From positions 1 to 64,000 of the forward strand of contig NW_005434531.1 of the NCBI RefSeq assembly GCF_000315625.1: a stretch of 64,000 nt of DNA, written 5' to 3'. Under the pieces are notes generated by a model. The model had not been told where the DNA came from. It saw nothing but the letters and a program-made list of their open reading frames with translations, and did not search any database. Of this stretch, positions 29,760 through 41,299 are shown one piece after another (the stretch's first letter is position 1; every line of letters begins with the position of its first letter). The DNA is from Guillardia theta CCMP2712. Lineage: Eukaryota; Protista; Cryptophyta. The position numbers and the translations under genes were made by a program.

Positions 29760-30310
29760 CAAATTTCAACCACAATTGCATGGAGGGTGGGGGTACTATA
29801 TACTGGGGTGGGGGTAGCAATTCTGATCAAGTCCACCGTGCTCATACCCTTCAGCAGCAAGAGTGTATGGATAAGGTAGGGTTAAAATGTGAGGGTAGGG
29901 GTGATATTGTGATCCTAGTACAGGTGGGGTGATCATATAGGGGGTTGATGACCTATGAAATGTATTTAAAGACAGGGGGTAGGGTAGTACAGCCCTACTA
30001 CTTGGTAGAAGTTTTCAATTGCTGGGTTGATTCACGGTTACAAAAACCGTTTCATTTGATACACCTCTTTCACTACCCCACCCCTCTTTCTGTTGCCCCC
30101 ATTGATCTACACCTACCCCCTCATTTCAAGCACCCTCTGCCCATATTAAAAAAGTGAAGATCGGAGTACCGGCACATACAACTTTAAAATACCCACCCCT
30201 GGGGTATCAAATCCCTGCGGAGAACTACCCCCCACCCCCCAGGACCCACCCCAGCATCAACCCTCCCCACCCCTTTGACGAAAGAGTAACCCCCCCCCTC
30301 TGGTTCACCT
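29760..30310. promoter_or_regulatory. Largest ACCCC/GGGGT-rich intergenic island between divergent genes (putative bidirectional promoter)
   Basis: The left half is rich in GGGGT/GGGTA and the right half in TACCCC/CACCCC. The same type of island occurs at most other gene 5' intervals. Confidence 0.45.
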
Positions 30311-30727
30311 TCCCATGTGCGATTCTCATGCTAGAGTGCACAGACATGAAGTCGGCAGGAAGAGAGGGAGGAAAGACACAAAGAGGTGCAAGAAGACACG
30401 ATGATATGACAATGATACATCAGCTAGACCAAACAGCAACTTGACCAACAGAATCATCTACATCATCGTCCCTCACACGGGAAATATTTGTGGAGTTACC
30501 ACAAATGTTCCGCAAACCCTGGTCTATGCATCACGACCAACCAGACTACGTGCAACGTGTCCATATTATATGAAATCACTATTTACGTAGACTTGGAATC
30601 GTACCTCATTGAAATAGTGAAACTACTTTTGTGGAGAGAATACTTCCCAGTGATTGTGTAGAGCAGTCCGATAACCATTGATTTTCCGATAAGACATATA
30701 AGGGCACTTTTAACTCCATATGCAGTT

Positions 30728-32230
30728 ATGTCTCGTCGCTTGCTTCCTATCGCGGTATCAGCTTCTGTAGGAGCAGGGGCTTTCTACTTATGGTTGGACA
30801 TTCTTGAATCGACGGGTTGTAGCGGAGTAATCAATTTGCCTCTAGGAAATCAAGGGAGAAGATGGAGCATGGATTCAGCTACGTTGGATACGATCCAACC
30901 AGTGACAAGGCGATCATTCAGTTTGGAAATGAAGCCAATGCTCGTCTTGTCCCTGCTCACGACCTTCTCAAGACCTCCGGTCAGGGCGAGTCCAATCACT
31001 GGTTCGCTCAGCTCCTCCATGCGAGGAGGGCTCCATCGACCGGGAACAGCGGGCAAAAACTAAGGCGAGTGACGTTTCCATTATTCGAACATTGCTGACA
31101 TCACTCGGACACTACTGACATTGGTCCAGCCATACTTCCTTCAGCTATGTCGGCTACGATCCCAAGAGTGACAAGGCAATCGTGCAGTACTCGGACGAAT
31201 CGTCGGCTAGACTGGTGAGGTCAACTCTATGCGATAAGCTGCTGATGATAACGGCAGGTCCCTGCAGTGGATGTTGTATCATGCGGTGAATTTCCGCAGC
31301 TAGAGACTGCACGGAGAAGTGCTGGATTCATGTAAATCAACTTCAACAAGAGTGTGCTCGCGCTCGATCTGTTTGTCGAGAATGTAAATCTACAAAAAAA
31401 GTTGCTCCATGACAACCACGATGAATGAACCAATTCCGATGCTGTGACTGAGTCATCATGTATTATTTTCAGTGTGCCATCAAGTTGTGACAAAATCCTG
31501 CTTGCATATGAGTGGTTTTGGGTATCACATCATTGGAGTTCACCGCTCGACATGAGGTACTTCTTGTCAGCTTTGCACGATATCAGCGCCTGCCATTGCA
31601 TGAGAGAAGAAGGGGTAGAGAACCAAGTTCCTACATCATCATACGAGACGCAAGGAGCGCCACTGCAATCTATGAAAGGCAAGTCAGACGCCCCTTCGTC
31701 ACGCTACTGTGATACCCTGAGATCTTCCTGGTACTCGAGCAGAGAGTTCGCTGTCGGTCAAGAACGAGAATCTTGGATTTCACTCAGTCGAAGAACTTGG
31801 AGATTGAGAATGCTTACGTCATCTTTGTCATCTCCTGATAATACAAGGACGTACAGCACCCTCCGCCTGATAGTGTCTCGAGGATTTTCTGGTTCGCCGT
31901 CCTGAAGTAGAGAGATGATCAGTCTCAGCGAGCCGTAAGAGAGACATGCACTCACTTGCAATTATCAGGACACGTTTCGACCTTCGAGGTCAGGGGATGG
32001 ATTCGCTGCTGCAAGAAATTCTCTCTTTGTGCTCGAGATGCGGAGTGGGAGTTCACCTGGTTGTCGAAGCATGCAGACCTCGGGAAGATGGAAAGTGCGG
32101 GGTCCGTCCTGATTTGATGCCTGTCATCATCGAATCAGGCGAGAGTTTTGACGCGCGTGAGCTCAACATGGTGCTGATGCAGAAAGATTCTGGTTTGACT
32201 TCTGCTGTGCTGTGGGAATCGACTTCATAA
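30728..32230 (+). CDS. Hypothetical multi-exon protein with an N-terminal hydrophobic anchor and an internal ~35-aa duplication
   Basis: MSRRLLPIAVSASVGAGAFYLW; FSYVGYDPTSDKAIIQFGNEANARLVPA and FSYVGYDPKSDKAIVQYSDESSARL|VPA. Confidence 0.6.
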
Positions 32231-32760
32231 TAGCGGTAGGGCAGCACCTGCACTGCAACCCTTCGCAAAAATGACAAATCCACTTCGTTGACTGTAGACC
32301 CAGATGTAAGTCTCGAGAAGTGACATGTCTGTTTACCATTGCGATCATCGGTGCAGGCAAAATCTCGTGCTACCCAGTCTGCTTGAATGTTTGCAAAACA
32401 TGAATCAATTTGCGGGGCGTCGCTGGAAAGTGACTTGTAAAAGAGGTCTTTCGCCAAAGTTCCAAAATCGTTTGACTGCAAGGTATTTGCTAGTCCAACT
32501 CTGCTTGTTATATTGTGAAGTTTAATGATCTTGGCTGCACAGGCTGAATTACTCGACATCCTGCGTTTCCAAACTTTCAGGCACCAAGGATTTGAAAGCT
32601 AAAATTCTTACTCGTTGCACAGCCTTTGACATTCATCTTTCTTCCCACCGTCGGGGAGCAGATTTACATTGGAATTGCATTGTCCATATTGATCTAAAAA
32701 GTTTTGAGCAAGTGCGGCGTTCAAGCAAAGGAAGATGCTGAGGATTGCAAGACTTGGCAT
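32053..32760 (-). CDS. Putative secreted Cys-containing protein (2 or more exons)
   Basis: Signal peptide MPSLAILSIFLCLNAALA-QNF. The ORFs 32608-32826 and 32053-32559 can be joined by a short intron. Confidence 0.6.
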
Positions 32761-33288
32761 GTCGCAGAAATGCTTGTAAGAAATTTTCCTGCTGTTTAAG
32801 GCATTTAGTGAGTGATGAATGCTCATATCATCTTCTCCTCTGCTTTAGACATCTTGAAGGACATCACAGCTAACTCGATATCACATATCATTTCGTTTGC
32901 TTGAATATCAGTGCTACAGCAAGCAACGCTGCACCTTTCTGACCCTGCATTTCCTCATTCCTACCTTTCCTCTTTTCTCTCCATTCCTCTGCCCCCAACG
33001 CTATCCCTCCTCTCTCTAGCTCCTCCCTTCATCTCTTCGCGCTCGCCGCAACCCCTGAAGCACATTCCTCAATGCCTCTAGACGCATACTCCTCTGTTGT
33101 CAACCGCCGATCAGTTCCGATCATCAGTGTAAATATTACACTTTGAATTCACTTCTGTGATTTCAAATTTGAACCTCAATTTTTAACCTGGGCCGTTGTC
33201 ATACCAACATCAGTCCCCGCACAACGGTTTGACTGGCTGTAACCGTACGGTACTTGACAGCCGTTTCAAAACTGAACACTGACTCTGA

Positions 33289-33366
33289 ACTGATTTTTAA
33301 CTTAACTTTGAGTAAAGACTCTGAGGGAGAAAAAGACTTTACTCAAAAGTTAAGTTAAAGAACAGT
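33289..33366. repeat. Inverted repeat/hairpin containing the 28-bp dispersed motif
   Basis: tttaacttaactttgagtaaag (33296-33317) pairs with ctttactcaaaagttaagttaaa (33337-33359) with one bulge. Confidence 0.9.
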
Positions 33367-33715
33367 ACGAGAAAAAAAGACATCCGCCCCCAGTGTGCTC
33401 GGAGTGAATGATCAGGGCCGGACCCGGCCGGGCCCCGGAAGTCTCGGAAGTTTTAACTTGACACGCCGAACTCACAGGTGCCTCGAAGTTTTTGAACTTG
33501 TTCGAAAGTCCCTTCAGGTTCAATATGGGGTGGTTTGAGGGGAATACATGGGGGTGGGGGTGGTTCTGTTTCGAAATGGCGTGCGTGCGTGCGTGCGTGC
33601 AAGAGAGGAGAGGGAGGGAGGGAGGGAGGGAGGGAGGGAGGGAGGGGGGAGGGAGGGGACGGGAGGGGAGGGACGGAGGGACGGAGGGAGCGAGGGGAGG
33701 CGGAGGGGAGGCGGA

Positions 33716-33815
33716 NNNNNNNNNNNNNNNNNNNNNNNNNNNNNNNNNNNNNNNNNNNNNNNNNNNNNNNNNNNNNNNNNNNNNNNNNNNNNNNNNNNNN
33801 NNNNNNNNNNNNNNN
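33716..33815. other. Assembly gap (100 N)
   Basis: Run of N. Confidence 1.
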
Positions 33816-34164
33816 GGGATAGGAGAGGAGTAGTCGTCTTAAGCTCTTCCGAGAGATTCTACGTGGTATCAGATAGATAAGATTCAGTTTAGGCCAGCAG
33901 TCTTTGTCCTGAAGCAGAGTGTCTGCCGATGTCGCCTCGCTAGTATGAACGGCGGTCCCCCTATGCTTATGAGTGAGGTTCCGATGCCTAGAGGGAGCGA
34001 GGGAGCGGGGGAGGGAGGGAGGGAGGGAGCGAAGGTAGAACGAGATAGGAGAGGAGACAATCATGGAGCACGGAGAAAGAAAGAAGCAAGGCGATATCAT
34101 ATACTTCCGTCCATCCTTGCTCGTTGATTCCCACCAATCCTTTGTCTTCCTCCAAGGATCTGAC

Positions 34165-37100
34165 ATGATCAGTCACAGATTTATGGATTGAAGAGCTCCG
34201 GGCTCTTTACAAGTGCTGATGCTGGGTACCAACTGCTTGCTCGTCAGATTTGCCTTCTTCTTCTCAGTCTTGTCCGTGACAAGTTCTGACTTCCTCTCCG
34301 AGTTGAGTCTTTCCTCTCACTGCGAACCCGTCTCAAAATCAACAATACCAATCTCTTTGCCCACCAAACCCTCTGCTACAAGTCACCTCTCTCCTGTGCG
34401 AAACGAGCAGGACAAGCAACAAGAGCAAGTTCCGCTCTCTGCTCTCCACGAGGCAGTGGCTGATTTGAGCTGGCGGACTCCGCTTCCACATGGCAGCCGG
34501 AGCTCAGCTCGTCATGTCGAAACGTTCTCGCAGAAATTGCGGCAAGCTTACGATGAGAACCTGAACATGCGGAACGAGATCCTCGGGCTGCGCAATGTGC
34601 TAGAACAACAAGCCCAGTCCCTGTCAAAGTTCAAGAGCGCGATGGAGAACGCGGTAGAGGAGAGGAGTGGGGAGTTGGGGGGAGGGAAGGGGGGGGGTGG
34701 GGCAGGAAAGAAGGAGGGGATGGGAGGAGGGCGAAGGAGGGAGGGTAACCACAGGTCTTTAGGTGAAAGAAAGGGAGAAACACAGCGAGATGATCATGAA
34801 GAGAAACAAGAAGTTGAAGAAGAAGGTGAGGAACTGATGAGGACAGCGGAGTTGATGAAGATAGTGATGATGCCGGATTTCTTCCAGGTCTCTTCACAAG
34901 AATCTGAGATCGAACATCTGAGAGAGTAAGTCACGTCCACCTTCCTTCTTCTTCACCCCCCGCTCCCCTCCTGCCCTCCTTGATCCCCCTCTTATCTTCA
35001 TCGCCCTCGGGACCTTGCACCACTACCATCCCTCCTCCTCCACCACCACATCCTCCTCCTCCTCCTCCTCCTCTCAACCTCCCCCTCCTTCCTCTCTTCG
35101 TCTTCCTCGTCCTTATCCTCTTGCTCGTCCTCTAACTCGTCCTCCTCTTCCTCCCTTCACCTTCTCCTCTTCCCTCTCATCCTCCTGGCAGGACTCTCCG
35201 TCACCATGTTGACTCCATGGGATCGCTCGGGCTGCAGCTGCAGGAGGTGAAGACTGGTCGGGAAGGCTCAGGTTTGACTTGCTTCAGGTCTGTCAGCGTC
35301 GCGATGAAGGGGAGCAAGAAAAAAGTCAACTCATGAGCCAAGTTGACGGCTGGCGGTCTCTTTGTTCCGCTGCCCTCCTGTGCTCTTGACATGGTCTTGT
35401 CGTTCAAGCAGGAAAGCTTCTTCCTTCTTTCTCTTCCGATCTCTTTGCGTGCAGGAGGCGATCACAACCTGCGTGAAGATGTTGTTTCTCAGCTCCTTCC
35501 TTCTCCACACCTTCGTGTGGATGAACCCCGCTGTGATCACCAGGAGAGAGGAAGCGTCTACTCCTCCTCCTCCTTCGCTTCAGCTGCAAGAGGTTGAGAG
35601 GACGGTCCCCTGAGAGTAGCTGAGCGAGAGCAGGTGGAGAGCTTGAGGAGGGAACGAGATCGTCTCCTACATGCTCTTGCCATCGCAGAGAGCGGGTGGG
35701 AGAGAGTACCTCCTCTGCTCACTATGACCACCCCTTCCTCCTCCTCCTCTGGTCTTCTCTTCGTCCTCCCTCCACTCTACTCGTCCCAGCTTGTTTACCC
35801 TCATTTTGCAGGATCAAAGTAGCCAACGAGGAGAAGCTGAGCTTGAGGACTGTCAACGATCGGCTGGTGCGAAGGACTTTGACTCCCTTCCTGCATCAAC
35901 ACTCCGACTCTCCCTTCCTGTCCTTCCTGTCCTCCCTCAACCTCTCCTCTCCTCCTTTCCTCTGCTCCCTCCTCACTTCTCCCTCCCCTCGCTTCCTCCC
36001 TTTCATGCCTGGGCCCTCAGGTGACCGAGCGGAAGGCTCTCAACGCGGAGAGAAGGAAGCTGCAGATTCAGCTGCAGGAGCTGCGAGGAAACATCCGCAT
36101 CCTCTTGCGCGTCCGCCCGCTCCTCCCATGTGAGCGCGAGGAACGGGGGGATCAAGAGGCTAACGAGCCTCCCAGCTGAAGTCCACCTGGGCCATCGCAA
36201 CGCCCTCCGCCTGCTGGGCCCCATGGCACCGACCGGGTTCGGCGTAGAGATCAACATACCCTCCACGAGGACGTCGGTAGCCGCCATGCAGGCAAGCGAG
36301 AGGAGGAGGAAGGGGCTTGAGGAGAAGGGAAGCAGGGGGAGGGGGAGGGATGGAGGTGGAAGGATGCAGGAGAAGGGAGGAAGGAGGAGGCAAGGTGACT
36401 GCCGTGGTGCTCGTCTTGATTTAGATGCAGGGGAGAGCAACGGGAGGAGAGAAGGAGACGAAGAAGTTTGTCTTCGACAACGTTCTCGATGCAGATGCCA
36501 AGCAGGTGAAATGCTCCCTCCCTCCCTCCCTCCCTCCCTCNNNNNNNNNNNNNNNNNNNNNNNNNNNNNNNNNNNNNNNNNNNNNNNNNNNNNNNNNNNN
36601 NNNNNNNNNNNNNNNNNNNNNNNNNNNNNNNNNNNNNNNNCCCCGCCCTGTCGTGACTTCCTCCCTCATTTCCTTTCCCTTGTCCTTGTTCGCATTCACA
36701 TGCTCGTCAGTCGGAAGTCTTTGAAGAAGTTTCGAACCTCATCGAGGCTGTGCTGGAAGGTTACAAGGTAGACCTCCCTCCCTCCCTCCCTCCCTCTCAC
36801 TCTTTCTCTCTTTGCTCCAGGTCTGCATCTTTGCCTATGGTCAGACTGGCTCGGGCAAGACCTACACCATGGAGGGTCCGGTCGCTGCAGCAGGAGAAGC
36901 GGCAGAGCTGGAGGAGGAGCGAGGCATTATCCCCCGAGCCGTCGAGAAAATCTTCGAGGAAGCGACGGCAAGGAAGGAAATGGGCTGGGAATACAAGTAG
37001 ATGAACTCCTCCTCTCCTCTCTCCTCTCTCCTCTCTCCTCTCTTCTCCTCCTCTCCCTCCCCCTCCCTCTTCTCTGACGGCTGAGCAGCATTCAAGTCTC

Positions 37101-38495
37101 CCACGTCGAGATCTACAACGAGGCTTTCCGCGACCTTCTCGATAATCGCTACGGGTTTGACAAGCAGGTGCTCCTTTCCCTCCCCCCTCCCTCTCCCTCC
37201 TCCTTCACTCATTTCTCCCCCATCTTCATCCTCGTCTACAATCACCACTTGCTCCTCTCCCCTCCCCCTCTCCTCCCCCTTCCCCTTCACTTCTTCTCAT
37301 CGTTTCCCTTGCTCTTCCTCACTTGTCTCAGATGGAGATCAAGAACGATGCGGTCGGTCAGCCCTTCGTCTCCAACCTCATCACCATGCAAGTTCTCGAT
37401 GCCAAGGTCGCTCCTCCTCATGCCATCACATTCTACGCTGTCTCCTCCTCCTTGCTCTCGTCCTCCTCCATGCTCCTCTGTCTTCGATTCCCCTTTTTCC
37501 TCTATCTCTTGTCTCCCTCCAGTCCTTCTCCCCCTCTCCTCCACCCTCAACGCTCCTTCTTGCTCATCCCAGCTCAGGTCGTGTACAACCTCCTGAGGAG
37601 GGCAAACAGAGCGCGAGCGACAGCAGCGACGGAAGGGAACGAGCGTTCCTCTCGCAGTCACGCCATCTTCACCATGCGTGTCAAGGGAACCAATTCCGCC
37701 ACACAGCAGGCAAGCTCTCCCTCCCTCCACTCGTCCTCCTTGCTCCTCCCTTCCTCCCTTGCTCCTCATCTCCTCGCAGGAGTGCGAGGGCGTCCTCAAC
37801 CTCGTCGATCTCGCTGGGGCTGAGCGCTACAGCACTGCCATCCCACCACAAGCTGCCGCGTCCAGGCAGAAGGAGACCCAGAACATCAACCGAAGCCTTT
37901 GCTGGTCCTGCGGCTCCCCCCCTCCCCTCCCCTCCCCTCCCCTCCTCTCCTCTCCTCCTCCCACCTCTTCCCTTCCTCTCTTCTTCCTCCTCTCGCTTCT
38001 CTTCGTCACCCGACCCTTTGTCTCTGCTCTTGCATCTCCTCCTTCTCCGCCTCTCTCCCCAGCTGACCTCCTGCTAGTCTCGGGGATGTCATCTGCGCTC
38101 TGGCGGGCCGGGAGTCACACGTCCCCTACCGGAACTCGAAGCTCACGCACCTCCTGCAGCCCTACCTTGGCGGAAACGCCAAAACCCTGATGGTTCTCAT
38201 CCTCTTCCTCCTCCCCCTTCACTCCCATCCTTCTCCTTCGCTCCCTTCTCCTCATTCCCTCCCTCTCCCTCCTCCCCTCTTCTCGTTCCTCACTTCATCC
38301 CCTTCCCTTTCCTCTGCTCTCTCCTTTCTCCTTCTAACTTCTCTCCTGACACTGAACTCTCGTTAGGTCGTCAACGTCTCGCCGACTGAGAGCAGCGTGC
38401 AAGAGACCGTCAGGTCCGCCAGGTTCGCCGCGCGAGTCAGCGCGTGCGACATCGGCGTCGCCCAGCGAACGTCCAAGTTTGCTGGCTCATGTTGA
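34165..38495 (+). CDS. Kinesin-14 (C-terminal motor, KAR3/Ncd-like), many exons; start approximate
   Basis: Coiled coil, then neck [95 protein letters not shown]. Confidence 0.95.
36541..36640. other. Assembly gap (100 N) inside a kinesin intron
   Basis: Run of N. Confidence 1.
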
Positions 38496-38779
38496 CAATG
38501 TCTGTACCTGTAACCAATAAAATGTACTCTAGCGCTTGTCAAACCTCTGCTTCCCTCCTGTACGCGTATCGCAGCACAGGGTCAAAGTTGGAAGCTGCAA
38601 ACTTGAGGTCAACAGAGATGGCAGGAGACTGGCAGGGAGGGAGGAGAGAGTTGCGGAGGAAGTGAGTTGTGAAGGAGGAGGGGAGAGGTGGGGGAGCAGG
38701 GGAGAGAGGAGAGCAGGGGCAGCGAGGGGGAGTGGGAGGAGAGGAGGATTAGAAGAAGCGAGAGAGTTTATGCACCTCT

Positions 38780-40462
38780 AGGCCACAAGTCACGCCGGAT
38801 CTCCCGCAGAGTCGTGTCGTCTCGCAGGGGGAGACCGCGGCAGAAGATGAGCTGAGAGAGGGAGTGAGGGATCGAGTCAACGGCTAGTCAATGTTCACGT
38901 ACGATTCTCTTCCTGTCAAGATGACTTCCCAGCTTCAGCATGATGTGTTTTTTTATGTGCCAAACTCTGACAGACATGGTTGTCAGAACGCAGGCGGGTC
39001 AAAAGGGCCGACGAAAATCACTTCGTCTCAGGGGCTGACTGGATCTGCGGGGTCAGAATGATTCCAATGTCCACTAGCTTGTTCCTGAGCTCTGAATCGA
39101 CATCGCACCCCCTGTCAAGAGGTCATGAGTCGTCAAAGTAAGCTGAGGGGATACATACAAGTCCAGCGGGCAAAGGGTGAAATGAATCTTGACATCTCTT
39201 AGATCGTCTAATTGAGACTCTCTGGTGGTGAAAGTCAACCAGGAGGCATCTTGCTTGCAACAAGACAGTTGGGTGCCTGTTGCTTGTCAGCTGGAGGGTG
39301 CGGACGTGAATCGCTTCTCGCTGTAGCTTCTTCTTCTCCCTCATGCGCTCCTGTCAAGTCGCCGTCATCGGTGACCGTCCGCCCTCCAACAGACGCACTT
39401 CCTCGTTGATCTGCCAGCATCCTGCGAGCAAAGTTATGTGACATCACAACGACTCGGCCCACTCACCTTCTCTCTCCTCCTCCACCTCAGCGGTTGCTTC
39501 CTCCGAGCTGCTAAGAAATCATGTGCGAAGTGCCAAAGACAAACCATGCCTGTGAAGCTGATCTCTTGCTCTAGTCGCATTCTGATGTCTTTTGGCAGTT
39601 CTCTTCTCCTTGCGAAGCTCTTGGTGGGTTTGTTGGAGGATGATCAAACTCTCGCTCAAGTCAGCGATCTCCTGCAGAAGTCTTGGTCGTCCTGCTTCTT
39701 CCACTGCATCGATCTGCGATTCTAGTTTGGCCAGCTTGTTCTTGATGCTCTTTTGCTCATTCATGTTCGCTTTCTCTTTCTCAAGGATCTTTGCGAGGTC
39801 AGGGGAGGCAGCTTTGACAGCACAGCCTACACACTGTCAGCGTCAGGTCAAGTCCGAGCATCCGCTACTTGTAGTCTTGTCGGCCGACTTGAGCTGATGC
39901 TGGAGAGACATTGCGAACATGTGATCAGCAGCGGCAAGCTTCGACTTCCTCATCCTCGACAGCGACTCTGGTGGTATTTCCGTCGGCTCAGCTCGTGCTT
40001 GGTCAATGGCTGGTGCCGAGAAACGTTAGACCAGGCCGCCTCCTCTACTGCTCACGTTGCGGCCACGTACGCCGAGCATAGGGGGCCCTCGGCTGAGGCG
40101 GGGCGACTCTCTTTCCTCGCCCTCGACTTCTGATGGTCAACCTCGGCTTGGACAAGTCAGACTCACTCACTCCTGGTGCTGCTGCCTACCTTGGATCTTC
40201 GGCGTCGCATGGGCTTCCCTGCCTGCTTCAAGACTCACCAGGGCTCAGTGACAGGACGGAATGAACCTGCGGTGCCCTGCAGCTTGAGACTTCCACGGGT
40301 TCCGGCCGGTCCTCCATCTCCTCGATGCCGTCCTAGAGCACCAGTCACTGCACCTACTGGTCTACTTGCCCTTACAAAGTTCTCTTCGTCGGCATCAACC
40401 GGCATGGCAGCGGCACCTTCACCAGCAAGCGACCAAGTCAGTCCCATGATGGGCTTCATCAC
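38780..40462 (-). CDS. Hypothetical multi-exon protein with a central coiled coil
   Basis: Successive minus-strand ORF pieces separated by short GT-AG introns, e.g. MNEQKSIKNKLAKLESQIDAVEEAGRPRLLQEIADLSESLIILQQ. Boundaries are approximate. Confidence 0.55.
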
Positions 40463-41299
40463 TCTTGAATCTTTCCTTCCCGCTTCCCTCCATCGCTCCT
40501 CCCTAAGAGCGCCGTGTATTCAAGTAGTCGTCACGGCGTGGCATTCTGGTGCTAGGCTCCCCTTCCTCTCCCCTTCTTCTGTCTCATCTACCTCTTCCCT
40601 TCCTCTCCCCTTCCTCTCCTCTCCCTCTGTCCCTCTGTCCCTCTGTCCCTCTGTCACTCCCTCCCTCCCTCTCCCCCTCCCTCTCCCCCTCCCTCCCTCT
40701 CTCCCTCCCCCCCGCCTCCTTCCACTATACTTCGTCGCCTTTCCGGCCTGTCACAGTCGTCTGATCGCCGACTACCCCTACCCCCGATGAGTACATCGTG
40801 GATATTGCTACCGGTACTAGAAAACCCCACCCCCCGAAATTTCCTGAAAGTACCCCACCTGGTACTAGATGGAGTTTGACCGGGGTTTGATGGTTCAAGT
40901 TAAATCGAATCAATTATCGATTTGAATCAATTAAATCTATTGAAATTGGAGAAGAGTAAATCGAATAAACCCCAATATCCTTCGATTGAAATCGAGCTGA
41001 ACCGGAAGCGGGGCTGCCATGCCGGGCAAGGCGAGCAAGGCAGAGGGAAGGGTCAGAGGAGGAGTCAGAGGAGGAGGAGCACAAAGCCAAGGAGCCAAGG
41101 ACTGAACATCTTCTCAACAATCTTGGACGCTCGGAACGATCTTACCTCTGATCACACTCTACTGTTCACTTGCTAACTGGTCAATCCGGTGTCAGTTTGG
41201 GGCATCTCGTGTATCTCGAAGCAAGATCAGCAAGTAGTCAGAAAAGGTTCTGGGAATCAGAGAGATTGTGAGCAGAGGATCAGCAGAAGCTTCTAAGAC

